Origin: a virus
Lineage: Duplodnaviria > Caudoviricetes
Length of the DNA stretch: 36,830 nt
Virus record (IMG/VR): IMGVR_UViG_3300023235_000063
Location: 1-36,830 of that record
Direction: 5' to 3' (one strand)
The notes under the pieces are model-generated. The model saw only the letters and a list, made by a program, of their open reading frames with translations, searched no databases and was not told where the DNA came from. This document shows positions 19,246-27,133 of the stretch, piece by piece; position 1 is the stretch's first letter, and the number at the start of each line of letters is the position of its first letter. Made by a program: the position numbers and the translations under genes.

Positions 19246-19833
19246 ATGGTTTCATACGTATTCGATAAAATCCTCCAAAGAGGAATTAAGAATGGACAAG
19301 CTCCTGGTCGGACCAAATCTGCGCGAGAATGGTTTCGTAGAGCAGCTCGTAGAACTCGAACTACACCGAACAGTCTAGTAAACGAAAATGTTGGTAAGAC
19401 TACATCCTCCGTCAACCCTGGTGATATGTACATGTTTTTCTATGATCCAAAACATAAAGAAACTTTACCATACTATGACCGCTTTCCAGTAATTTTTCCA
19501 GTATCAATGACTAAAGACGGTTTTATTGGAATCAACTTACACTATATTTCTCCAGCTCTTCGAGCTAAGCTTATGGACGCGCTTTATACTCTTTCAACAG
19601 ATAAGAAATACAATGAAGCTACTAAGCTTATGATTAGTTATCAAATCCTTAATGCGAGCACGAAGTTCAAACAATTCAAACCGTGTGTTAAGCGCTACAT
19701 ACATTCACATGTGAAGTCGAAGTTTTTGAAAGTCGACGCTAGTGAATGGGATATTGCTCTATTTCTACCAACTGAACGCTTTATCGGCGCTAGCCGTCAG
19801 AGAGTTTGGGGAAGATCTGCTCGTGGCCTTTAA
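19246..19833 (+). CDS. gp2: DNA end protector gp2
   Basis: MYMFFYDPKHKETLPYYDRFP, GINLHY, KPCVKRY, FLPTERF. Confidence 0.92.
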   Translation: MVSYVFDKILQRGIKNGQAPGRTKSAREWFRRAARRTRTTPNSLVNENVGKTTSSVNPGDMYMFFYDPKHKETLPYYDRFPVIFPVSMTKDGFIGINLHYISPALRAKLMDALYTLSTDKKYNEATKLMISYQILNASTKFKQFKPCVKRYIHSHVKSKFLKVDASEWDIALFLPTERFIGASRQRVWGRSARGL

Positions 19834-20518
19834 GATTAACGAATTTCAAGCGAACATTAACCGTACTGGCGGTGTTGCGCTTCAAAGCAGTTTCAAGGCG
19901 TTTGTTTTTCCCCCAGCTGGAATAGAAACAGTAAGCAACGTTGACACTAATCATCTTTCATTCCGTATTGATTCTGTAGAATTTCCTCAGAGGTCAATCA
20001 CGCCAATCGAGTTTAGAGACTATGGTCCTCTTCAGAAAATTGGTGGACAACCCAACTTCATTGAAATCACAATGACTGTAATCATGAGTCCAGATCTTCG
20101 AGAAAGAGAATTTTTTCTAAGTTGGCAAGACATGGTAGTAGGGAAACATAGAAAAGAATTTCTTAACCGAACTGAAAGAAAGCGCGAATTTGATATCGGA
20201 TACTTTGATGATTACAAAGGCTCTGTTGAAGTTAGACAATACGATGTTAACGCTAAATCAGACGATTCTCATGTCTATTCAGTAAAACTATACGATTCAT
20301 ATCCACAGCTTATTGCACCATTGAATTCGAATTGGCAAAACGCTGACGTGCTTAAAATGAACATTACCATGTCGTTTCGATACTTCACAGAAGATTATCG
20401 CGGTCAAGGTGATCTACCAACTAGTGTTACTGAAGGTCCTTTTGGTCGGATCAATCGCAGTGGACTAGGCGGCGCTCTAGGAACGATTGCGGGCGTCATC
20501 CTTTCTAAGACAACTTAA
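19823..20518 (+). CDS. gp54: Baseplate-tail tube initiator gp54-like (tube fold)
   Basis: Start revised to GTG 19823 (MAFKINEF); FF..WQ, GYFDDY.G.V...Q, L..SYP; located between gp2 and gp26. Confidence 0.72.
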   Translation: MAFKINEFQANINRTGGVALQSSFKAFVFPPAGIETVSNVDTNHLSFRIDSVEFPQRSITPIEFRDYGPLQKIGGQPNFIEITMTVIMSPDLREREFFLSWQDMVVGKHRKEFLNRTERKREFDIGYFDDYKGSVEVRQYDVNAKSDDSHVYSVKLYDSYPQLIAPLNSNWQNADVLKMNITMSFRYFTEDYRGQGDLPTSVTEGPFGRINRSGLGGALGTIAGVILSKTT

Positions 20519-20528
20519 TGGAGTTATT

Positions 20529-21233
20529 ATGTCTTTACCATCATTAGCAACACCAACTTTCAAAACTTCTATTCCGTCTACAGGCGAAGAAATTCGTTTC
20601 CGTCCGTTCCTCGTCAAAGAAGAGAAAATTCTCTACATGACACTAGAAGGCGGAGACACTAGAGATACATCTCAGGCAGTTGCAGAAATTCTAACAAATT
20701 GCGTTAGCACACCTGGTTTTGATCCAACAAAGCTAGCTTCTTTCGATATTGAATATTTGTTTCTTATGCTTCGAGCAAAGAGTGTCGGCGAAGTAGTCAA
20801 CGTTAATGTACTACACACAGATAAAACAGAATGTTCTAGTTCTACTGAAGTTGAGATCAACCTCGACGAAATCAAAGTTGTAAAAACTCCTGACCATAAG
20901 AATGAAATTGATCTTGGTGACGGAGTTGGTATGAAATTGAAGTATCCAAATATCTTCTCGATGACTAGTGTTAGTCAGTCTGAAATTGACAAAGCACTTG
21001 ATATGATCTCTAGTTGTATCGTTAACGTTTGGGATGATAACCAGGTCTATGACGATTTTACTAGAGAAGAAGCTCTAGATTTTGTTAGCAAACTCTCAAA
21101 GAAACAGTTCGATAATGTGTTAGAGTTCTTCAATACTATGCCGAAGTTATCTCATAAAGTGAAGTTTCATTGCGATAAGTGTGGAAAAGATGATGAAGCT
21201 AATATTGAGGGTTTGCAGAGTTTTTTCGGCTAA
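20529..21233 (+). CDS. gp26: Baseplate hub assembly protein gp26-like
   Basis: Start revised to ATG 20529 (MSLPSL, SD GGAG); RPFLVKEEKIL, FDIEYLFL.LRAKSVGE, FF.TMPKL, CxxC, ends GLQSFFG. Confidence 0.88.
   Translation: MSLPSLATPTFKTSIPSTGEEIRFRPFLVKEEKILYMTLEGGDTRDTSQAVAEILTNCVSTPGFDPTKLASFDIEYLFLMLRAKSVGEVVNVNVLHTDKTECSSSTEVEINLDEIKVVKTPDHKNEIDLGDGVGMKLKYPNIFSMTSVSQSEIDKALDMISSCIVNVWDDNQVYDDFTREEALDFVSKLSKKQFDNVLEFFNTMPKLSHKVKFHCDKCGKDDEANIEGLQSFFG
21221..21227 (+). other. Putative -1 ribosomal frameshift heptamer T TTT TTC
   Basis: X XXY YYZ in the correct phase, one codon before the gp26 stop; the -1 frame is open through to 21406. Confidence 0.65.
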
Positions 21234-21253
21234 CGCTCAGTCATGATTCTTTG

Positions 21254-21406
21254 ATGAACCTTTACTATACAAATTTTGCTATGATGCAACACTATGGATA
21301 TTCATTGACTGAGCTAGAAAATATGATTCCGTTTGAACGAGAAATTTATACGTCTCTGTTGATCAACTATCTCAGGGAAGAAGAAGAAAGGCTTAAGAGT
21401 CAGTAA
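21254..21406 (+). CDS. gp51: gp51-like baseplate hub assembly protein (50 aa from ATG; probably the C-terminal part of a frameshift fusion)
   Basis: MNLYYTNFAMMQHYGYSLTELENMIPFEREIY...; not in ORF track; stop overlaps the tape-measure ATG (TAATG). Confidence 0.8.
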   Translation: MNLYYTNFAMMQHYGYSLTELENMIPFEREIYTSLLINYLREEEERLKSQ

Positions 21407-23061
21407 TGCTGCCTAATCTTGATACAGAGCGAGCAGATCGCATCATAACTCTACTAGAGAACTCAGAAGAGACTCAGTTTGAGATGTACGACGCTCTAAC
21501 ATTGGTAAACAAAAACCTCGATGCTGGTTTAATGTTGCTTGCTGAGCAGATTGGCGATGTAGTCTCTATTCTTGAGATGAGCAATGCTATGAGCGAGCTT
21601 CAGCACGCTGAAAATACAAAACGCGCTCAAATAGAAGCTGATAGAGCTGACCAAGATCGTGAAACAGTCAAAGGAAAAAACACGTCTGGAAAAATTGAAA
21701 AGTCTGATAATTGGTTTCAAAACTTACCAGACCCATCATGGTTTGGTGCTCTTATCAGCGCTGCTATTGCTGCTTATGCTTTTGGATTAGACAAGTGGAT
21801 TCGAGAAATTCTTGTAGTGAAGTCGATAATACTTCTCACTAGATTAGTCGGATCGTTTCAATTTCTTAGTAAAACTCTTGGTGGAACAATAAACGGTATT
21901 GCAGCAATAGCTAAAGTAGTGTATCAAGATCACATCTTAAAAGGCGTTACTACTCTTGGGCGTCTTATTCTATCGCCGATCTCATTTGCGGTCGATGTTC
22001 TAAAAACAACTACAAAAGTAGTTTCGAGTATTGGAAAATTATTTCAGCCAATTATCAAAGCTCTAAAACCAATAGCGGCTGGTTTACACCTTGCAAAAGT
22101 TATTCCATTCGTCAATATAATGTTTGCAATCATAGACTTTGTTAAGGGTTTCAATAAGGGGTTTGAAGACGGCGGTCTACTAGGCGGTCTTAAAGAAGGA
22201 GCTCTTGAAATTATAAGGGGCTTTGTAACAAAACCACTAGATCTTCTTAAAGACGGTGTAGCATGGATCACCCGTGAGCTCGGGTGGGATAAATTTGCAG
22301 AAGCTCTTGACAGCTTTTCATTCACAGAGATTTTTAACAGACTTGCAGGAGCTGTTGGAGACTTAACAGGACAAGCTTTTGATTGGGTTATCACAGAAAT
22401 TCCAACGATTTTTAGTAATGCTGTTGATAGTATTGAAAGCTTTTTCAAAAATCTCAAAGAAAAGATACAATCATTCCCAACTATGTTCAAAGAAAAATTT
22501 ATCGATCCAATTACTGGTTTCTTTGATCGTATTTTTTCTTCAAAGAGTGTTTATGCAGAGCATGAGCCATTTAATCTAAAAGATTTGCTACCAACTATTG
22601 ACATCAAAATACCGTCATTCCAAGAAATTATGTGGAAAGTCGGAGAAGCTATCAACGATGTGTTTCAGTCTATGGCTGAACAAACACACGACTCTTTCTG
22701 GCCGATCAATAAGCTATCTCCGTTCTTTTCGAACGCGGGTGTTAGAGCTGCTGAATTTTTTGGAGTATCAAACGCTAGAAAGTTTTCGATTTTCGATCAA
22801 CAACAATCGCAAACAGAATCGCTTGCACCAAGGGGTCCACTTACAGAAAAGGGAACTGCTATTGGCCGCGGTTCTAAAGATATTTCAAATCTAAAAGAAG
22901 AGAGACTTAGTCAAGCTGTAATAGCTACAACGACTGCTGTGAATGCGCCAACAAATGTATCTGTTAGAAACAACAAAACTGTTTCTATTCAAGGGCCAAG
23001 CCCGAGATCTACAGATAATAGCTGGAGACTTATGCAATTACCAATGTTTGAAGCGCGCTAA
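21406..23061 (+). CDS. Tape measure protein (gp29-like)
   Basis: 551 aa, helical/amphipathic with hydrophobic stretches and periodic F/W; C-terminal VNAPTNVS motif; follows gp26/gp51. Confidence 0.72.
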   Translation: MLPNLDTERADRIITLLENSEETQFEMYDALTLVNKNLDAGLMLLAEQIGDVVSILEMSNAMSELQHAENTKRAQIEADRADQDRETVKGKNTSGKIEKSDNWFQNLPDPSWFGALISAAIAAYAFGLDKWIREILVVKSIILLTRLVGSFQFLSKTLGGTINGIAAIAKVVYQDHILKGVTTLGRLILSPISFAVDVLKTTTKVVSSIGKLFQPIIKALKPIAAGLHLAKVIPFVNIMFAIIDFVKGFNKGFEDGGLLGGLKEGALEIIRGFVTKPLDLLKDGVAWITRELGWDKFAEALDSFSFTEIFNRLAGAVGDLTGQAFDWVITEIPTIFSNAVDSIESFFKNLKEKIQSFPTMFKEKFIDPITGFFDRIFSSKSVYAEHEPFNLKDLLPTIDIKIPSFQEIMWKVGEAINDVFQSMAEQTHDSFWPINKLSPFFSNAGVRAAEFFGVSNARKFSIFDQQQSQTESLAPRGPLTEKGTAIGRGSKDISNLKEERLSQAVIATTTAVNAPTNVSVRNNKTVSIQGPSPRSTDNSWRLMQLPMFEAR

Positions 23062-23579
23062 ACCCAAAGATTTCTAAAGTACTTGCCGAAGAGGCGAAGC
23101 CCATTGTCAGTGCGTTTAGAACGCGCTTGCATCTCTTCAAACGGCAATTCCCAATCTTCATCAGTGACGATGTTGTCAAAAGCCCAGATCATTTCGTCAA
23201 GAATCCAATCCCAACGATCGAAGAACTTATCATCAAGTTTGTAATCAGCCTTTGAACTGTCTTCAGCGCCATGAAGTCGCTCTGGAACATCTTCATTATT
23301 AGTCCAAGGAGCGCTGTCGTGATCGCGGCGATACGACTTAAGAACTGGAAGAATAACTTGAGCTAAAGTAGAATAAGCATCCCAGCTATCAAAATCTTCA
23401 ACGATGATTTTGACCTTACGCTTTTTACGATCATGAATGTATTGGCACAAATCCCCTATAAAAGTTTTGCTAAGGAATTCACCAAAACGGTTCTTTTGAT
23501 CTTCATTAAGCCAAAAAGCTAAATCTGCTAATTGGTATGGTCCGATCCAACTTCTGTATGGTCCGATATCTACAATCAT
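23058..23579 (-). CDS. Conserved hypothetical phage protein
   Basis: 173 aa with WDWILDEMIWAF and GLRLFGKYFRNLW; own promoter. Confidence 0.8.
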   Translation of the reverse strand: MIVDIGPYRSWIGPYQLADLAFWLNEDQKNRFGEFLSKTFIGDLCQYIHDRKKRKVKIIVEDFDSWDAYSTLAQVILPVLKSYRRDHDSAPWTNNEDVPERLHGAEDSSKADYKLDDKFFDRWDWILDEMIWAFDNIVTDEDWELPFEEMQARSKRTDNGLRLFGKYFRNLWV

Positions 23580-23585
23580 AAAAAC

Positions 23586-23614
23586 ATAGTATAATAATCT
23601 TGCTTAAAAGTAAA
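23586..23614 (-). promoter_or_regulatory. Early sigma70-type promoter
   Basis: TTTACT-N17-TACTAT; -10 is 6 nt from ATG 23579. Confidence 0.65.
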
Positions 23615-23717
23615 TGATTTATTTAATAGATCGTTAGAAGTCAGTTAGTCTACTTCACCAGTAGCAAGCAGATGATCTAGCATCGCAATTGCTTCGTGTC
23701 CAGTTTCCAATTGTCAC

Positions 23718-23746
23718 ACTCTAACATAACTTTGAGCAAAAGTAAA
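23718..23746 (-). promoter_or_regulatory. Early sigma70-type promoter
   Basis: (G)TTTACT-N17-TAGAGT with extended -10 TG. Confidence 0.5.
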
Positions 23747-23755
23747 CTAATATAA

Positions 23756-23784
23756 TTGACATTTCATTAAAGAGTGTTTAGAAT
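23756..23784 (+). promoter_or_regulatory. Early sigma70-type promoter
   Basis: TTGACA-N17-TAGAAT; 6 nt to ATG 23791. Confidence 0.8.
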
Positions 23785-23790
23785 ACAAAT

Positions 23791-23991
23791 ATGAACGCTG
23801 TACTAATGTCCTGGCTTCTTATATCGTATTTTGGCGGTATGATAGGAGTGTGGCAATCCGAAAAAAATAGAAAACCGATTAATAGAACTCTTGTTCTCAT
23901 CGGTTGGCCACTTATGCTTATTTTCTATGTAGTGCCGATGCTTATTTTCTATATAGCATTTAGTGTTAGCAAAAAATGGAGAGATTTTTAA
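23791..23991 (+). CDS. Small membrane protein
   Basis: 66 aa with two hydrophobic segments. Confidence 0.7.
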   Translation: MNAVLMSWLLISYFGGMIGVWQSEKNRKPINRTLVLIGWPLMLIFYVVPMLIFYIAFSVSKKWRDF

Positions 23992-24596
23992 TGTTCAGTC
24001 CTGATGCACTAGTCGAAGGAATTTTAAGCAATCATCGGGTTCAAGATTTCAAACTCACTAAAACTCAAAAAGACGATGTTGAAAAAGAGATTTCTGAGAT
24101 CAAAGCTTCAATTGAATCTATGAAAGAACAATTGAGCGATTCAAAATACCAAGAGCTAATCAATATTATTGAATCTGGAGCTACAGCAACTAGAACTGGA
24201 AACTTTGAAGAATCTTTACGATATGCTTACTTGTTTCAAGCTAGTCGCCGCATTATGCCGAAGAATTCTTTCGATGAAGAAAACCGAAAAATCATGCTAG
24301 AAAACGCAGAAGAACTCAATGATATTATTGAAGAGCATGAAGAAGATGGTTTTGGTTTTGCTGCTTCGATGATTCATTTCTATCAAACAGAAATTCTACG
24401 TGGTGTAGAAAACGACAATGTTATCTATGTTTCTATTTTAGTAGATGCTCTACAAGGGTTTCAAATGCTCTTCAATTTGAAGTTGAACCAGCATCATGCT
24501 AAACTACTAAAGCCATTGCTTCCGACAGAAGACGATGATGAAGACGAGGTTGAAATCGATGAGATCACAGGGGTCGGTTCTAAGATTCTTCATTAG
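23991..24596 (+). CDS. Hypothetical helical protein with acidic C-terminus
   Basis: Start revised to the coupled ATG 23991 (TAATG overlap); ends EDDDEDEVEIDE..GSKILH. Confidence 0.7.
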   Translation: MFSPDALVEGILSNHRVQDFKLTKTQKDDVEKEISEIKASIESMKEQLSDSKYQELINIIESGATATRTGNFEESLRYAYLFQASRRIMPKNSFDEENRKIMLENAEELNDIIEEHEEDGFGFAASMIHFYQTEILRGVENDNVIYVSILVDALQGFQMLFNLKLNQHHAKLLKPLLPTEDDDEDEVEIDEITGVGSKILH

Positions 24597-24627
24597 TTGA
24601 CACTAAGAAATCTTTGTGATATAAATA
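24597..24627 (+). promoter_or_regulatory. Composite sigma70 plus T4-late promoter for tmRNA
   Basis: TTGACA(24597)-N17-TATAAA, where the -10 is part of the exact late consensus TATAAATA (24620-24627). Confidence 0.75.
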
Positions 24628-24631
24628 ATTC

Positions 24632-24874
24632 AGCGGTGTTGACAGACGCGCAAAAACGTAAGGGACCCGGGGGCAGTACCCGGCGCCTCCACCAAATTTT
24701 TCTGAGGGGGCGAATTAGGAATCGACCTGCGGTGATGTTCGGAAAGAGTCGCGAGGATGGCCTCTTTATCGGCCGACGTTATAAGTGCAAACGACAATGA
24801 GGCACTAGCGCTGGCAGCTTAGGCTGTTAAGCGGGGTTTTGGTGGATTTTCCTGGCAACAGAATAAATCCACCA
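24632..24874 (+). ncRNA. ssrA: Circularly permuted two-piece tmRNA (alphaproteobacterial type)
   Basis: Acceptor piece with T-arm CCGGG-GGCAGTA-CCCGG ending CGCCTCC-ACCA at 24694; coding piece starts GGGGGCG at 24706, giving a 7-bp acceptor stem with G3.U70; tag ORF 24787-24822 ANDNEALALAA*; terminal hairpin 24840-24874; outer ends approximate. Confidence 0.93.
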
Positions 24875-24893
24875 CAAATAAGAAAGAGGGCCC

Positions 24894-25154
24894 ATGAAGA
24901 GCTTCAAAACATTTTCAGAAGAAGTCCATTCAGTTCATGTTAATAGAACTGTAGCTGGTACTCCTGCTCGCGGCTATGATGCTAAAAAGTCACAAGCGCT
25001 AGCCAAGAAACACAAAGCAACAAATCACGATAGTGATCTTCGAGATACTGGCAAAGGCGAGAACTACACTTTTAATAAAAAGGAACATGCTCATGCCTTT
25101 TCTAAATCTCTCAATGGCCATAACATTCCTCACGGGAGTGTACAGTCTAGTTAA
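24894..25154 (+). CDS. Small basic His-rich protein, putative internal head protein
   Basis: 86 aa; N-terminus MKSFKTFSEE resembles the T4 internal-protein capsid-targeting sequence; SD GAGG. Confidence 0.7.
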   Translation: MKSFKTFSEEVHSVHVNRTVAGTPARGYDAKKSQALAKKHKATNHDSDLRDTGKGENYTFNKKEHAHAFSKSLNGHNIPHGSVQSS

Positions 25155-25329
25155 AATCATTGCTGCGATTACTATTTTCGCTTGGATTTTAACACTACCA
25201 ACAGCTATGTTTCTCGGTAAAGGAGTCCTTGGGGCTTCTACGTTTCCAGCCTTTTGCGCGTTGTTTTTTATCGTTAGCGCAATTTGGTTGTTTACATTTG
25301 TGAGGAAACGTGTTAGAATAAAAAAATGA
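25114..25329 (+). CDS. Possible small membrane protein (start uncertain)
   Basis: Two hydrophobic helices plus a basic tail fill the gap between neighbours; stop overlaps the next ATG. Confidence 0.45.
   Translation: MAITFLTGVYSLVKIIAAITIFAWILTLPTAMFLGKGVLGASTFPAFCALFFIVSAIWLFTFVRKRVRIKK
25291..25319 (+). promoter_or_regulatory. Early promoter
   Basis: (G)TTTACA-N17-TAGAAT with TG extension; 6 nt to ATG 25326. Confidence 0.75.
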
Positions 25330-25850
25330 AAAACTTTGTAATGGTATGCGCTGTTACTGCAGCGCTATTTTTGAGTCACCAAGCTCACGCAGATCGTGCA
25401 CTGGTGATAAGCAAACAGCAAGTCAACTGTCTAGCTCAGAATATCTACTTTGAAGCTAAGAATCAGTCATTCGCCGGCAAACTCGCCGTCGGATTAGTAA
25501 CTCTGAATAGAGTTCAAGACTCGCGTTATCCGGATACAGTGTGCGGTGTTGTCAAACAAGGCGACAAAGTACAATCGTTAAGAGATCCTAAAGTGATGGT
25601 TCCAGTTCGAAATCGTTGCAAATTTAGTTGGTACTGCGATGGTAAAGCTGACATTATCACAGAAAAGGAAATTTACGAAGAAATTCGGAATATAGCGCTC
25701 AAGATGATGTTGTATCCAATCATCGATTTTACAGATGGAGCAACCCATTACCATGCAGATTATGTGAAACCTTCTTGGGCTAAAGTTTTCAGAAAGACGG
25801 TTGTAATCGACAACCATCTGTTTTATCGCTGGGAAAGCGCTGGGGAGTAA
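25326..25850 (+). CDS. SleB-like cell wall hydrolase (Hydrolase_2) with signal peptide
   Basis: CLAQNIYFEAK, AVG.VTLNRV, YPDTVCGVVKQ, CKFSWYCDG, GATHYHADYVKP.W, I.NHLFY; N-terminal Sec signal ending AHA. Confidence 0.9.
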   Translation: MKNFVMVCAVTAALFLSHQAHADRALVISKQQVNCLAQNIYFEAKNQSFAGKLAVGLVTLNRVQDSRYPDTVCGVVKQGDKVQSLRDPKVMVPVRNRCKFSWYCDGKADIITEKEIYEEIRNIALKMMLYPIIDFTDGATHYHADYVKPSWAKVFRKTVVIDNHLFYRWESAGE

Positions 25851-25852
25851 AA

Positions 25853-26221
25853 TTGAAGTTTGGTAAAGTTTGGGGATCGACGGAGCCGATCCTTCAGAAC
25901 GCTGTTGTTGAGTTTCATAGAATAGAAGCACAAGCAGGGTTCAGATGCTCCACACATTTACATCGACATAAGTGGAACGCCTTTTTTGTAGAAAGGGGAC
26001 GTATGAAGATTGTCGTCGTTAAGAACGATTATGATCTAATTGACGTTACTATTCTTAAAGCTGGTGAATCTACGCAAGTTCGACCTGGTGAGAAGCATTA
26101 CTTTGAAGTTATTGAAGATTGCATAGCATTCGAAGTCTATTGGCCAGAGCTCTTGTCTGAAGATATTGTTCGTGATAACGTCGGCGGCAAGAACAAAGTA
26201 CTTCTTACTGAAAGCGTGTAA
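25853..26221 (+). CDS. Cupin-fold protein (sugar isomerase-like)
   Basis: K.WG, CSTHLHRHK.N.F.V..G, V.PG..H.F cupin motifs. Confidence 0.8.
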   Translation: MKFGKVWGSTEPILQNAVVEFHRIEAQAGFRCSTHLHRHKWNAFFVERGRMKIVVVKNDYDLIDVTILKAGESTQVRPGEKHYFEVIEDCIAFEVYWPELLSEDIVRDNVGGKNKVLLTESV

Positions 26222-26445
26222 TGATAGAAGTCATGAACACATCAAAATTTTCGATGATTATCGAACAACTCGTAAAGGATAGCGGCATTTCCTACATGGA
26301 AGCTGTAGTTCATTATTGCGAGCGGAATGAAGTCGAAGTAGAGTCTGCAGGAAAACTTCTCAACACAAAAATCAAGCAACAGATCGCGGCTGAAGCTTCT
26401 GATCTTAGTATGCTTAAGGAGAAATATCGTAAGCTTCCATGTTAG
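26221..26445 (+). CDS. gp33: Late promoter transcription coactivator gp33
   Basis: FS..IE.LV, SYMEAVVHYCE.N..E.E, K..I..EA..L..L; precedes gp59 and gp32. Confidence 0.9.
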   Translation: MIEVMNTSKFSMIIEQLVKDSGISYMEAVVHYCERNEVEVESAGKLLNTKIKQQIAAEASDLSMLKEKYRKLPC

Positions 26446-27047
26446 ATGATCCGCGCGAGGGGTTCAGAGCCTTCAAAGTTTATTTAGCTGTAAGAGCCCA
26501 CTTCACATCTGATTATGACTACTTCAAGTATAATGGCGGAATTCGCGCGAACGAAGAAACTTATCTCAAGCGCAAAGATCGCTTTTTCTTTAAGAAGCTT
26601 CAACGCAAGATTTCAAATCGCGATGAATTAGCACGGTTCATTGCTATCAATTTTATTGAGAACCCAAAAGTATGGGCTAAAGATTTAGTCTCAGACAAAG
26701 CTGAAGAAATCTATCAAGAATTTCTAAGGCGCGAAGGTTCTCGATCGTACGTGTTTAAGAATGATTGCCAAACGATGGCGGATCTTTGCCCAGATTTGAA
26801 CGAGCTTCTTGCAGTAAAAACTAGTGAGTTGCCAACTCTTATTAAGCTCTATCTTAATAAAACTATTGGTCTTGATACTTTACTCATCATTGATAGACTT
26901 ACAAGATTTTCTGAACACTGGGATAAGAAGATTGGCGGAAATTTCATTTGGGATGATCTTCACATCAAAATGAAAAAGTCTTCTTCGTTTTTCAAAATAG
27001 ATGATGAAAGGACTAAAAAAATACTTGTAGATGCATTCTCACGTTGA
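26439..27047 (+). CDS. gp59: Helicase loader gp59
   Basis: YLA.RAHFT..YDYFKYNG, RKDRFFFKKL; order 33-59-32. Confidence 0.9.
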   Translation: MLDDPREGFRAFKVYLAVRAHFTSDYDYFKYNGGIRANEETYLKRKDRFFFKKLQRKISNRDELARFIAINFIENPKVWAKDLVSDKAEEIYQEFLRREGSRSYVFKNDCQTMADLCPDLNELLAVKTSELPTLIKLYLNKTIGLDTLLIIDRLTRFSEHWDKKIGGNFIWDDLHIKMKKSSSFFKIDDERTKKILVDAFSR

Positions 27048-27133
27048 TGTGAAAGTGTATATATAGAATGATTACATCATGTAGCTTTGTGGATAAGCTC
27101 AATAAAACTGTTATACAAAAAAGGAAACTACAC

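Noticed and set aside
19742-19822. N-terminal extensions in the ORF track (gp54; likewise gp26, gp32, GNAT and 34965)
   Set aside because: They overlap upstream genes or promoters; downstream starts have an SD or coupling and family-typical N-termini
24661-24694. Stand-alone tRNA or attP-like tRNA 3' fragment
   Set aside because: No anticodon arm; the matching 5' half and tag frame follow, so it is the tmRNA acceptor piece; no integrase in the window
24597-24800. 67-aa ORF in the track
   Set aside because: Its TTG is the -35 box and it overlies the tmRNA structure; spurious
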